Positions 1 to 10,796 of a DNA stretch of 33,757 nucleotides are shown here, in pieces. Position numbers and translations under genes: made by a program. Each line of letters opens with the position of its first letter. Position 1 is the stretch's first letter. The notes beneath the pieces were generated by a model. The model had not been told where the DNA came from. It searched no databases and saw only the letters and a program-made list of their open reading frames with translations. This DNA comes from Octopus bimaculoides (taxonomy: Eukaryota): assembly GCF_001194135.2 (NCBI RefSeq), contig NC_068993.1, positions 23,431,833 through 23,465,589 of the forward strand. Reading direction: 5' to 3'.

Positions 1-79
<79 letters not shown>
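1..79. repeat. (AC)n followed by (AT)n microsatellite
   Basis: Directly visible tandem dinucleotides. Confidence 0.99.
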
Positions 80-124
80 CATAAACATATGTATTACACA
101 TACACAAGCACACACATTCAAATG

Positions 125-330
125 CCATGCCGGCTCCTTTCCTTATTTGACCACCCCAGCTTAAGCTGTTGTCGGTTAAACCGAGGTCCCCGAGCGATAG
201 GGTTTTCGCCCGAAAGAAGAGTATATCGTAACTTACGTACAAATTATTTACCAAAGTATATTAATTCGAATTTGTTTTCGTTTAACTGCATAGTGTACTT
301 TCTCGCCTATCGGATAACAGTGAGCAAATA
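125..330 (-). mobile_element. Degenerate CR1/L2-like LINE RT C-terminal fragment
   Basis: Minus-strand frames give LLTVIR*ARKYTMQLNENKFELIYFGK, YTLLSGEN and DLG..DNSLSW. These resemble the W(A)..NNMQ(L/F)N..K and RDLGV..D..LSW motifs that follow the RT core in CR1/L2-type LINEs. Stops and frameshifts are present. Confidence 0.55.
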
Positions 331-342
331 CATAAATGCATG

Positions 343-412
343 CATACATACATACGTACGTACATACATACATACATACATACATACATGCATACCTACG
401 TACGTACGTACA
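343..412. repeat. Imperfect (TACA)n/(TACG)n tetranucleotide repeat
   Basis: Directly visible; it produces the HTYI/MYVC ORFs. Confidence 0.95.
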
Positions 413-619
413 GATTAGCAACATTTCGATCACCGATTTGGCTGTTTTCCCTATATCTGATAAGGAATGTTACAGGTATCTATGGGTAGATGACGTAGAC
501 TCCCTCTACCTAAACAAGGCGGCAGATGATTAACAGCGATCCAACATACATTTGAATGTTGTATCATATGTCTTCGGCAACATCTTTTAACCACCAAGTG
601 TCGAAGTGCATCCTGCGAC

Positions 620-850
620 CTTCCTCAGCAGTGTCACGACACCTCTGCTAACAGCATTAGGAATTCTTCTGTTCTGTTGTCGCTGTTTCTGTTGCGGCAG
701 ACCTCTGCTAAGAATTCACCAAACAAATCTGGCGTGAATACATAAAATTCATAGGGCAGACCATGAAAACTGGGCGGTCTGTGACTTGTGCAGTCGCACA
801 TCACTTCCCGTATTTCAGCTTTTCACATAAACTCGCGTCAGCTGCCGTGT
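620..850 (-). mobile_element. Tx1/L1-clade LINE ORF2 fragment just upstream of the RT, inverted segment
   Basis: Minus strand reads AEIREVMCDCTSHRPPSFHGLPYEFYVFTPDLFGEFLAEVCRN and, after a frameshift, QNRRIPNAVSRGVVTLLRK. This matches the SPG.DGLP.EFY...IP.....GV.TLL.K region of L1/Tx1 ORF2. Confidence 0.8.
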
Positions 851-855
851 AAGGG

Positions 856-1118
856 AATCTTCGACCTATAACTCTGCTAAACACTGAGTTTAAGATTTTG
901 GCCAAGGTCTTAAACAAAGCTGGTGCTTGTCGTCGGTAGCCTAGTCGGGGTAGCACAAATGTGGGCAATCCCGAGAAGGTCTATCCACGACAATCTCCCC
1001 CTTATGCGATACATCATAGATAAAGGGTTGGGATCAATCGAAAGCTTTCGATAGATTCGACCATTGCTACTTGGAGGCCGTCCTAAAAGTAGGCGGTTTC
1101 TGATCCATTTTCAGAGGC
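856..1118 (+). mobile_element. Tx1/L1-clade LINE RT fragment (N-terminal RT motifs)
   Basis: Reads NLRPITLLNTEFKILAKVL, AQMWAIPRRSIHDNLPLMRYIID and DQSKAFDRFDHCYLEAVLK. The last part is nucleotide-similar to 27565-27630 (minus). It runs into (AT)n and a gap. Confidence 0.88.
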
Positions 1119-1167
1119 AGTAAAGATTTATTCAGTGTTATAATATATATATATATATATATATATA

Positions 1168-1234
1168 NNNNNNNNNNNNNNNNNNNNNNNNNNNNNNNNN
1201 NNNNNNNNNNNNNNNNNNNNNNNNNNNNNNNNNN
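1168..1234. other. Assembly gap flanked by (AT)n
   Basis: N run. Confidence 1.
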
Positions 1235-1406
1235 TATATATAATGTAATTAAAAATAAATCTTAAGATTGTTTTGTTGTATAATATTTTAAAGAATTAGG
1301 TAATATTAGCTGAAAATTATATAGATATGAGTGTATCGGATTAATGACAAGTGTAAGTTTTTGTGGCGTATAATAGCACGAAAACTTATCAATTTTTAGG
1401 AGTAAT

Positions 1407-2760
1407 AACTAAACACAGCCGCTTCTTTCTGCGGCTGTGTTTAGTTGTAGCTTATCATTATAGCCGTATGGGCCCTTGCAGCATAACTTCTGTTCTTCTG
1501 GAAACAGATTATTTTCTTCCACATGTTTGCCCATTCTCGGCGATATAGTTGTAGTAAAGGCTTTGTAAATTGCAAGGAGAAAAACCATCTGTCTGTAAAT
1601 TTGTGGGTTTACCGTTTCAGTAGATTTGGGAATTTGGATAATTTTCCTTTCCGTGAGTCATCCAGGCATTGTCTTTGGCTCTACTAGTATTTCATTAAAT
1701 TTGTCAGCCAGCTTTCTATATGTTCCAGGTAGATATGCTAACCAGAGGTTGGGGATCTTGTCGTGTCCGGGCGCCTTAAAGTTGCTTAGTTTTTGCAGTG
1801 CTTGGGTGACTTCTTCAGAGTTGTTCAGTGCTGTGTTCGTTGCTTTGTCAGATTTTTTTCTGAGATTCCTTGACCGACAATATTTCTTTCCAAAGTTCTA
1901 CTAGTTCTGTGACGGCCAGATTCATGCTATTTATTATTGATATTCTTTTATTATCAATTTTGTTTCTTGAGAGGTACAATCGGTGGTCCATGCTAAGATC
2001 TGTGGCTTTCAATTCTTTGATTATGCTCATTTTTAGAGTATCGTAAGCATTCACTATTTCCAGGTTTTGGATTTGTTTCGTATTCACTCCCGGTCATATT
2101 TTTGTGCGTGATGATCTGGTTTGGTGCATTTTGTTCATCATTATACATTTCTACGGTCTGTATTTCGTTATTTACTTGGGTTTTGTTTTGGAAATGTTAC
2201 GTCTGTATTCGTATTTTACAGTTCCAGTGCTTATGATATTATGTGGCATTTGCTGTGCAGTTACTATCTACATTTCCCTGATATATTCTTCCTTTTAAGT
2301 TTTCTATTTCTATTTTGTTTTCAGTATATATCTCCGTATGTTAGTTATACCCAAAACTTTATCTAGATTATTTTTCTTCCAGATCTTATACGTATCTTAT
2401 TGTTTTTTTCGTTCTATGGGCAAAGCACTACTGTAAAATAAGCGTGCAGCATTGAAACATATTCCTCATGCGTGCATTTATGTTATTTGATTTTAATTGC
2501 TTGATCTAAGGAATAACGTCCAGCCCTTTATTTTGAGGGTCATCATTTTCTGCTGTGAAATGGATTTGCACGTGTCGTTTTCCGTACCTTTTGAAAGTAC
2601 GTAATTCCCGTTTGTTATCCCTGGGTTGAATAATACAGTATAACTTAACATATTTTTCAGTTTTTGGGTATGGTGTTTGTGAACGGAGATAGTCTGATGT
2701 TGATTGGATAGTAATTTTGCGATCGTGTTTACACGTGTTGTGCGAGTGATGTAGATGCTA
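1407..2760 (-). mobile_element. Decayed R4/Dong-type (RLE) non-LTR retrotransposon: N-terminal ORF and start of RT
   Basis: Minus strand reads KCTHEEYVSMLHAYF, YKIWKKNNLDK..NIRRYILK, then EVTQALQKLSNFKAPGHDKIPNLWLAYL..IPKSTETVNPQIYRQ..AIYKAFT..HVEENNLFPEEQKLCCKGPYG (KAPG.D.I, NYRPI-like and EQKGC motifs). The boundary beyond ~2480 is approximate. Confidence 0.8.
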
Positions 2761-2904
2761 CACAGTTAAATTACATTTCATTTGTATTATTAAATAATGA
2801 GTATTACTTACTCGGTTATAATTCAAAACTTTGTCAGTTATTTTAGGCTCCATTTGGTGTCTTTATACCCGATATTTTGGGACAAATTTCGGAGCACTGT
2901 GTTC

Positions 2905-4098
2905 TATTATTTTTTATTTATTTATTTTACATTTGATGGTTTCATCAGGTTTCTAGGGGAAATTTCGAAACTGGTTTCTCATTCCTAAGGTATTTTTCGA
3001 TGTTGTTGTTTTCATTATTATTATTATTATTATTATTCAGGCCACTGCTTGGAATCGAGCTTGGAATCTTGGGCTTAGTAGCCCGCGCTCTTAACCACTA
3101 CGCTATATGTCAGTGGGTATTTACGAATTGAATTTTAGGGCTTATAAATCTAGTATTTTTCTATCCTTCCTTAACACCGGTTCCCGTATGCTGCTCATAT
3201 CTGCACTCGGTCTGCTGAGGAGGTTGTTGTGTCCTAGAATATGTGCTGCTTCTTTTAGTTTTCTTATTTTCCAGTGGTGTTCTCTGTCTATTATTTTAAT
3301 TTTATCCCACAGGGGGAGGTGGTCTCTATTTGTCCATACATGATCAGCTATACTCGATTTATCAATATCTCCTCGTGTCACAACTGAGCGATATTTTGAG
3401 GGGAGCGGCATGTTTCGCCCTTGTATAACCAGCCGCAGCTGCATGGGATGGAGTACACGCAGTCGTTGGTTATATTCTCTTCTATTGGAGGTTTTACTCG
3501 AAGGAGTTATTTGCGAAGTGTTGTATTACGCTTGAATACTATCCCGATGTCATATGGGCCGCATATCTTTTGTATCTTTTCGGAGAGGCCTTTCACATAC
3601 GGTAGACAGACTGCGGACAATTTATTGGTTTCATCCTCTCTTTTCTTCATAATTGGAGTTGATAGTATGTTTTGGGGGTAATTTTTACTTGGTAGATTGT
3701 TATTAAGCTTGGTCATTTCTTCGTGGTGTGTATCACGAACGGTACTTATATTCTTTATCCGATGTTTTAGGCACTGAGCAATCCCTCTCTTTACACTGTA
3801 TGGATGGTGGAAATTGAAGTATAGGTATCGTCCAGTGAATGTCGGCTTGCGGTATACGGATGTCCTGAATATACTTGGTGCGTGTTATTAATACGTCCAG
3901 GAATGCTAGCTGATTGTCTTTTTCCTTTTCCATTGTGAACTATATGGATGGCTTTATTGAGTTCACATGCTCCAACAGCACTTGGCCATTTTCCTGGTGG
4001 GACCAGGGTATAAAGGTGTCATCAACATATCGCAGCCACAATGTTGGTTTGAGTGGTGTTGATCCTAAAACCAAATTCTCAAAGTATTCCATGCATTC
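2905..4098 (-). mobile_element. 5'-truncated Penelope-like element (Poseidon-like): RT C-terminus, GIY-YIG endonuclease and 3' terminal module
   Basis: Reads MEYFENLVLGSTPLKPTLWLRYVDDTF (YVDD), FTMEKEKDNQLAFLDVLI, CLPYVKGLSEKIQKI, CVYSIPCSCG..YKGET (GIY-YIG) and IADHVW..KIIDREHHWKIRKLKEA. Stop at 3142-3144; frameshifted. Confidence 0.93.
3040..3112 (-). promoter_or_regulatory. tRNA-like (Pol III A/B box) head in the PLE 3' UTR
   Basis: Minus strand reads tagcgtagtgg (A box) ... gggctactaagcccaagattcc aagctcgattcc (imperfect B box). Confidence 0.6.
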
Positions 4099-4099
4099 C

Positions 4100-4470
4100 A
4101 GGTACAGGAATGACTGTGTGGTAAGTAGCTTGCTTACCAACCACATAGTTCCGGGTTCAGTCAAACTGCGTGGCACCTTGGGCAAGTGTCTTGAACTATA
4201 GCCTCGGGCCGAAAAGAAGCCCGTCGTATATATGTATTTACATATATATGTATGTGTGTGTGTCTGTGTTTGATCCCCCAACATCGCTTGACAATCGATG
4301 CTGTTGTGTTTACGTCCCCGTAACTTAGCGGTTCGGCAAACGGACCGATAGAATAAGTACTAGGCTTACAAAATATAAGTCCTGGGATCGATTTGCTCGA
4401 CTAAAGGCGGTGCTCCAGCATGGCCGCAGTCAAATGACTGAAAGAAGTAAGAGAGTAAAAGAGTAATGAG
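4100..4470 (+). mobile_element. tRNA-derived SINE family A (Octopus-type), with a short internal deletion
   Basis: Head tgactgtgtggtaag...gggttcagtc, internal TA/TG tract, body gtttacgtccccgtaacttagcggttcggc...ggtgctccagcatggccgcagtcaaatgactgaaa and an (AAGAGT)-like tail. A second copy lies at 33222-33612. Confidence 0.85.
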
Positions 4471-4516
4471 AGTATATATTGTCATTATTATTATTATTAA
4501 TAGTATCGTTGTTGTT

Positions 4517-4697
4517 AATGCTTAGCGGTATTTCGTCTATCTTTACTTCTGAGTCAAAATCCTGCCGAGGTCGACTTTGCCTTTCATCCTTTCGGGATCG
4601 ATCAATTAAGTACCAGTTACGTACTGTGGTCGAACTAATCGACTGGCGCCCTTCCCCAAAATGTCAACACTTGTGCTGCCTAGAGTAGAAAAGAATA
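4517..4697 (+). mobile_element. tRNA-derived SINE family B, 5'-truncated
   Basis: aatgcttagcggtatttcgtc...gccgaggtcgactttgcctttcatcctttcgg...aagtaccag. Homologous copies lie at 19375-19512, 25095-25260 and 32445-32560. Confidence 0.8.
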
Positions 4698-5305
4698 TTA
4701 TCGTTGTTGGTGTTGTTTTGTTGTCGTTATTTTTATTGTTGTTGTTTCCATTTTGCTTCTGAAAACAACGAAAAACCAGAATACATTTACAACATAAAGA
4801 ACACTGGATGATCAACAGACATTAGTCAATATACCAAATGAAGCCAATTTTCGAGTGCACTTCTTGAAACACCGTATATTGCATCCAATTCAAACATTCT
4901 GCAATCGTCAGTGACAAAAGGAGACGTTGATTTGTGAATCACTTTTGTGAACACATTCTCTCATTTCAGAATATGAATTCTGTTACTTGAATGACTGAAA
5001 TTAATATATTGCTTGTGCAGTTAGCCATGGTATATTCATTACAGCTTTTACTTAGTTTTGGAATGGATGCCAATTGATGGTTTATACGTATATATTCAAT
5101 CTTCTGTTAAACAGTGCAGAGCAAAAAATTATTGCACTACGTTCATTTACATCATACATATATACGTTCATTCGTATCAAACATAAGTATGTATATATAC
5201 ATATATTCTGTTAATACAGTTCTACATTTAAGAGATGAGGTATTATATAAATCATTTACATTATTTACATTTGACGGATAGTTGTCCTCATCTTGTTTGT
5301 TGTTA

Positions 5306-5349
5306 ACACAACGTTTCGGCTGATATACCCTCCAGCCTTCATCAGGTGT
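5306..5349 (-). ncRNA. Minimal type I hammerhead ribozyme, intact core
   Basis: Minus strand reads acac CUGAUGA a GGCUG gaggguauau CAGCC GAAAC GUU gugu. Stem I is acac/gugu, stem II is 5 bp and stem III is a loopless AC/GU. Predicted cleavage falls between 5310 and 5309. Confidence 0.85.
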
Positions 5350-5400
5350 CTTGGGGGAAATTTCGAAACTGTGTTCTCACTCCTAAGGTATTTCTCGGTG

Positions 5401-5549
<149 letters not shown>

Positions 5550-5631
5550 GTGACTGCCTGGAATCGAGCTCGGAATCTTGGGGTTTGTAGCCCGCGCTCT
5601 TAACCGCTATGCCACTATGCCATATGCCCAC

Positions 5632-5851
5632 GGGCATATGGCATAGTGGTTAAGAGCGCAGGCTACTAACCTCAAGATTCCAAGTTCTATTCCAGGCAGT
5701 GACCATAATAATAATAATAATAATAATAATAATATCGAAAAATACCTTAGGAATGAGAACCTAGGTTCGAAATTTTACTAAGACACCTGATGAAGCCTGG
5801 AGGGTATATCAACCGAAACGTTCTGTTAACATCAAGCAAGATGAGGACAAA
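5632..5851 (+). mobile_element. Free-standing PLE 3' terminal module; right arm of the inverted dimer, cut by a gap
   Basis: A box tggcatagtgg at 5639-5649, B-box-like agttctattcc at 5683-5693, then (AAT)n and a hammerhead. Confidence 0.9.
5783..5826 (+). ncRNA. Minimal type I hammerhead, core intact but stems mismatched
   Basis: acac CUGAUGA a gccug gaggguauau caacc GAAAC GUU cugu, with two mismatches in stem II and one in stem I. Confidence 0.7.
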
Positions 5852-6031
5852 NNNNNNNNNNNNNNNNNNNNNNNNNNNNNNNNNNNNNNNNNNNNNNNNN
5901 NNNNNNNNNNNNNNNNNNNNNNNNNNNNNNNNNNNNNNNNNNNNNNNNNNNNNNNNNNNNNNNNNNNNNNNNNNNNNNNNNNNNNNNNNNNNNNNNNNNN
6001 NNNNNNNNNNNNNNNNNNNNNNNNNNNNNNN
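5852..6031. other. Assembly gap
   Basis: N run. Confidence 1.
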
Positions 6032-6053
6032 ATATATATGTGTGTGTGTATGT

Positions 6054-6090
<37 letters not shown>

Positions 6091-6170
6091 CATTACATGT
6101 AAATAATCGTGCAAATAATCGTGTAACTTCGTGCAATACTTGTATACACATATATATATATTCATACCTA

Positions 6171-6213
<43 letters not shown>

Positions 6214-6375
6214 CTTTGTGTATGTGTAGACCTGCCAGTGCGTGTTTGTATGCACATATGTATATCTGTATATCTATAGCTACTATCTATCGCTGTAAAT
6301 ATATATATCTGTGTGTATGTGTGTGTGTATGTGTGTGTGTGTGTTTGTGCGTGTGTGCGCGCGCTCGCGTGTGTA
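6032..6375. repeat. Mosaic (TG)n/(TA)n microsatellite region
   Basis: Directly visible; source of the THTH/CVCV ORFs. Confidence 0.95.
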
Positions 6376-6921
6376 TTATATATTTCAGTGCCTTTTTTCG
6401 TCATTAATACCTTCCAGTTAGATTTCGGTCATGCTTCACTACGGCCTTGAAGACACTCAGTCAAACGAATTCCAGATCAGAAATTTTCAGCAGATGAAGT
6501 CATATGAAGAAGTTTCTCTTGGTAAATTGGAGAACACTACCATTTCTGGAGTGAAAACATGAGTCACGGACCTTAGGGTCAGCTTTATAGATTTACAGTC
6601 AAAGGGAGCATAATTCTAATTCACTTTCTTCTATTTTCTTTCTGTCTCCTTATTTTTCACACTTTTACTTTTTGCATTCACCTGCTCGTTTGTTTTTTGT
6701 GATTTCACTTGATCTACTGTCTTGAATTGTACATAGAACAGGAGATGTGCACACAGCCTGTGTTTGCTTAGAGACACTAGGCGTGTTATAAAATCCTGCC
6801 CTCAAAACATGTCCTCTGTATGAAGTTATAAGTACCTGATAAATTTATATTGTGTACATCAAACGATATATATTATTTACATTATTACATGATTGAACGC
6901 CACGCATCCTCTTCCAAGTAA

Positions 6922-6952
<31 letters not shown>

Positions 6953-7699
6953 NNNNNNNNNNNNNNNNNNNNNNNNNNNNNNNNNNNNNNNNNNNNNNNN
7001 NNNNNNNNNNNNNNNNNNNNNNNNNNNNNNNNNNNNNNNNNNNNNNNNNNNNNNNNNNNNNNNNNNNNNNNNNNNNNNNNNNNNNNNNNNNNNNNNNNNN
7101 NNNNNNNNNNNNNNNNNNNNNNNNNNNNNNNNNNNNNNNNNNNNNNNNNNNNNNNNNNNNNNNNNNNNNNNNNNNNNNNNNNNNNNNNNNNNNNNNNNNN
7201 NNNNNNNNNNNNNNNNNNNNNNNNNNNNNNNNNNNNNNNNNNNNNNNNNNNNNNNNNNNNNNNNNNNNNNNNNNNNNNNNNNNNNNNNNNNNNNNNNNNN
7301 NNNNNNNNNNNNNNNNNNNNNNNNNNNNNNNNNNNNNNNNNNNNNNNNNNNNNNNNNNNNNNNNNNNNNNNNNNNNNNNNNNNNNNNNNNNNNNNNNNNN
7401 NNNNNNNNNNNNNNNNNNNNNNNNNNNNNNNNNNNNNNNNNNNNNNNNNNNNNNNNNNNNNNNNNNNNNNNNNNNNNNNNNNNNNNNNNNNNNNNNNNNN
7501 NNNNNNNNNNNNNNNNNNNNNNNNNNNNNNNNNNNNNNNNNNNNNNNNNNNNNNNNNNNNNNNNNNNNNNNNNNNNNNNNNNNNNNNNNNNNNNNNNNNN
7601 NNNNNNNNNNNNNNNNNNNNNNNNNNNNNNNNNNNNNNNNNNNNNNNNNNNNNNNNNNNNNNNNNNNNNNNNNNNNNNNNNNNNNNNNNNNNNNNNNNN
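6953..7699. other. Assembly gap preceded by (AT)n
   Basis: N run. Confidence 1.
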
Positions 7700-7995
7700 G
7701 TAATTTTGCCTTTGTGAGGATCTTTTTCAGTGATTTTGGTTGTTTGTGGTTTTGATGATTTTGTGTGTGTGTAAAATTTCCTTCAATTTGGGGTCCTTAT
7801 GTAGCATTGGTATGTTTTGGGTGATGATGGTGAAGGCTTCTTTGTTTCTGGGGTTGTATGTGGATATGTACGGTAGTATTTTCGGGGAATGTGTGTTGCT
7901 GTGTTTAACTTTTCTTAAGTTTTCTATGTTAATTTGTGATGCACGTCTGATTCCTTCCTCTATGAGTTGAACTGGGTAGTGTCTGTCAATTAGTG
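7700..7995 (-). mobile_element. Neptune-like Penelope element fragment (RT thumb/linker)
   Basis: Minus strand reads RNTLIDRHYPVQLIEEGIRRA...ILPYISTYNPRNKEAFTIITQNIPMLHKDPKLKEIL, homologous to 12400-12780. Confidence 0.8.
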
Positions 7996-8239
7996 TGTTC
8001 CTTGTTTCAGCTACACCGGAAAGAAAGAAAGAAAAATGGCCGATGGATGGTCAAGGGGGAGCCATTTGAACAAGGGACGAGGAGTGAAGGAGGGAGAGTG
8101 ACAGAGTTATAGGACAGAATAGAGGGAGAAGAGAGGTAAAGGAATACGAGAGAAAAAGAGAGAAAACGAAAGAGTAAAAAGATCGTATAGTGTGCGCATA
8201 AGAATTAAGATAAAACTTACTTGGAAGAGGATGCGTGAC

Positions 8240-8618
8240 GGAGGCATAATGGCCCAGTTGTTAGGGCAGCGGAGTCACGGTCATGGGATCGCGGTTTCGA
8301 TTCCCAGATCGGGTGTTTTAAGGGTTTATTGAGCGAAAACACTTGAAGCTCCACGAGGCTGCAGCAGGGGGTGATGGCGAACCCTGCTGTACTCTTTCAC
8401 CACAACTTTGTCTCACTCTTTCTACTTCTTTCTGTTCTACTTGTGTTTCAAAGGGCCAGCCTTGTCACACTCAGTGTCATGCTGAATCTTCCCGAGAACT
8501 ACGTTAAGGGTACACGTGTCTGTTGAGTGCTCAGGCACATGCACGTTAATTTCATGAGCAGGGTGTTCCGTTGATTGGATCGACTGGAACCCTCGTTGTC
8601 GTAACCGACGGAGTACCA
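8240..8618 (+). mobile_element. Full-length tRNA-derived SINE family C
   Basis: A box tggcccagttg at 8250-8260, B box ggtttcgattcc at ~8293-8304 and a conserved-looking body ending gtcgtaaccgacggagtacca, followed by microsatellite. Confidence 0.85.
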
Positions 8619-8624
8619 TAGTAG

Positions 8625-8626
<2 letters not shown>

Positions 8627-8701
<75 letters not shown>
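8627..8701. repeat. (AT)n(CT)n(AT)n microsatellite
   Basis: Directly visible. Confidence 0.98.
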
Positions 8702-9061
8702 NNNNNNNNNNNNNNNNNNNNNNNNNNNNNNNNNNNNNNNNNNNNNNNNNNNNNNNNNNNNNNNNNNNNNNNNNNNNNNNNNNNNNNNNNNNNNNNNNNN
8801 NNNNNNNNNNNNNNNNNNNNNNNNNNNNNNNNNNNNNNNNNNNNNNNNNNNNNNNNNNNNNNNNNNNNNNNNNNNNNNNNNNNNNNNNNNNNNNNNNNNN
8901 NNNNNNNNNNNNNNNNNNNNNNNNNNNNNNNNNNNNNNNNNNNNNNNNNNNNNNNNNNNNNNNNNNNNNNNNNNNNNNNNNNNNNNNNNNNNNNNNNNNN
9001 NNNNNNNNNNNNNNNNNNNNNNNNNNNNNNNNNNNNNNNNNNNNNNNNNNNNNNNNNNNNN
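8702..9061. other. Assembly gap
   Basis: N run. Confidence 1.
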
Positions 9062-9369
9062 CTACTGTTAAACATCGGAATTGGTTAGTTTTCATTGTTT
9101 TTTCTTCTTGTTTTTGCCTTTGTGAGTTACAAGTGATGCTATCTGTGGGATTCTCAGTTTTTTAGCTGCTATTTCTGAACTTCGGTATATGGTGAAGCAA
9201 ATATTTGCTGATCCCTTAATTGTATTTATAAATATATATGAGCTTTTAAATAAGTTCTCCACCAATAATGGTGCTTTCATACCGATGGGCTTGGTAAAAA
9301 TTGTTAATTGTTAATTGATTTATTAATTAATAAATTGATAATCCTTTACCCTTTTAACTTGTAATAATT

Positions 9370-9407
9370 ATATATATATATATATACAGAGAGACAGATA
9401 GAGATTG

Positions 9408-9460
<53 letters not shown>

Positions 9461-9462
9461 GA
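9370..9462. repeat. (TA)n plus (GATA)n microsatellite
   Basis: Directly visible. Confidence 0.97.
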
Positions 9463-10738
9463 TGCACTTATATCACGTATACAATATCATGCTAAACCGC
9501 CATACACCCATATAATTTCAATCGCACAATATACATTCCAGCTTTCTGCTCTCTGGCCTGATAGCATAATCGGTTGATAATGCTTCAAATTTCGGGTTCA
9601 AAATCCTGTGTTTCTTGTCTGTTTCTGTGTTATTTATTAAAACAGAAATTACAGTTGTATTTTTCCTTGCCTGAGGAGTGATATCCTGTGGCAGGTCTGA
9701 TTTTCCCTCACCATGTCATTTCCTCGGGTATTGAAGGAAGAAAATACAGGTGTCACATGTGTTGCTGCTGATGATATTTCTTTTAAATAACAAAGTTATT
9801 GCCCTTGTAATGTTTAGGAAAAGTGTTTGATTGTTACGGGTATGTTAGCCATCACAATCGAGGCCATTGTAGAATAGTGCGTATAGAAGTAAATAGATAT
9901 ATTTGAAATTGCAACTAATTTGCCTTTGCACCGCTCTTTGCCTTCTTACTGCATACTGTATTTAATCATAGATACATTCCTTAGTTGCTGAGTGTCAGTA
10001 GGGAATTGCACAATAGTGAGATTTTTTACTCTGGTTCGATAGCTACAATAAGAAATAACAAACAACAATGAAATTATGATTTCATTTCTATAATATAAAT
10101 GTAAATAATATTAGTTATGAAATGATGTATGTTTATGATTTCCGATATTGCTGGAAGAGCTTTTCTTTCATTTCTACCCTCTTAATACAATAATTGTGAG
10201 TAAATCAATTGACTATGCTCGTAAATATATTCAATTCCATTCCTTTTCTTGTGTAAGAAATCACTAAATAGCTGTCTTTTGAAATGGCAGGGGCTATACA
10301 ATGCCAGACAGGTATAAATTATACTATTCATATGTTCTGAGTTAAAATGCCCCTTAATCTTGTATTTAACCGACGAGGTTGCAACATGCCTAGCATTCAT
10401 ATATTTCACTTGACTATGCGTATTTAAAATGTTTTTTTTTTTCGATTTCCAAATAAATAATCAATATTCTCGATATTCTCGGTCCTTCTTTGAATATACT
10501 CCTATGTTCTTGGCACTTTAATTACTAAGTTTTATGAGAACTTGCTTCCTATACCGTATACAGTATAGACTCCTCTTAGAAAACATGAAATATTCAAAAG
10601 TTACATAATTTTAGTCGTGATAAGTGAAAAACATTTTATGTAAGTACATTTTGCTACCCACTTTGTGTATAATGAAACTACAAAAAGTAGTGTTTTAATA
10701 GTTTCCAAGAACTGTCGCGGAGATGAACAAGTGCATAT

Positions 10739-10739
<1 letters not shown>

Positions 10740-10795
<56 letters not shown>
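10740..10795. repeat. (AC)n microsatellite
   Basis: Directly visible. Confidence 0.99.

Positions 10796-10796
<1 letters not shown>

Noticed and set aside
420-600. Minus-strand sequence weakly resembling either the CR1 GPLLF motif region or the Tx1 C-terminus
   Set aside because: Both readings rest on short, low-identity matches and cannot be resolved without alignment.
3940-4284. 114-aa ORF containing RYVDD
   Set aside because: It is a chance in-frame fusion of antisense SINE A and microsatellite with the PLE RT fragment, not a gene.
4845-4878. Single TIR-like end (reverse complement tacggtgtttcaagaagtgcactc)
   Set aside because: I found no partner TIR or transposase sequence.
5632-5702. 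Functional tRNA gene with anticodon ACT
   Set aside because: The D, anticodon and T stems contain several mismatches and the acceptor stem does not pair. It is a tRNA-derived promoter inside a repeat.
6620-6922. Polypyrimidine tract plus CAA/GTAAGT donor as a host exon
   Set aside because: All frames close early or look non-protein-like, and such signals are common by chance in AT-rich DNA.
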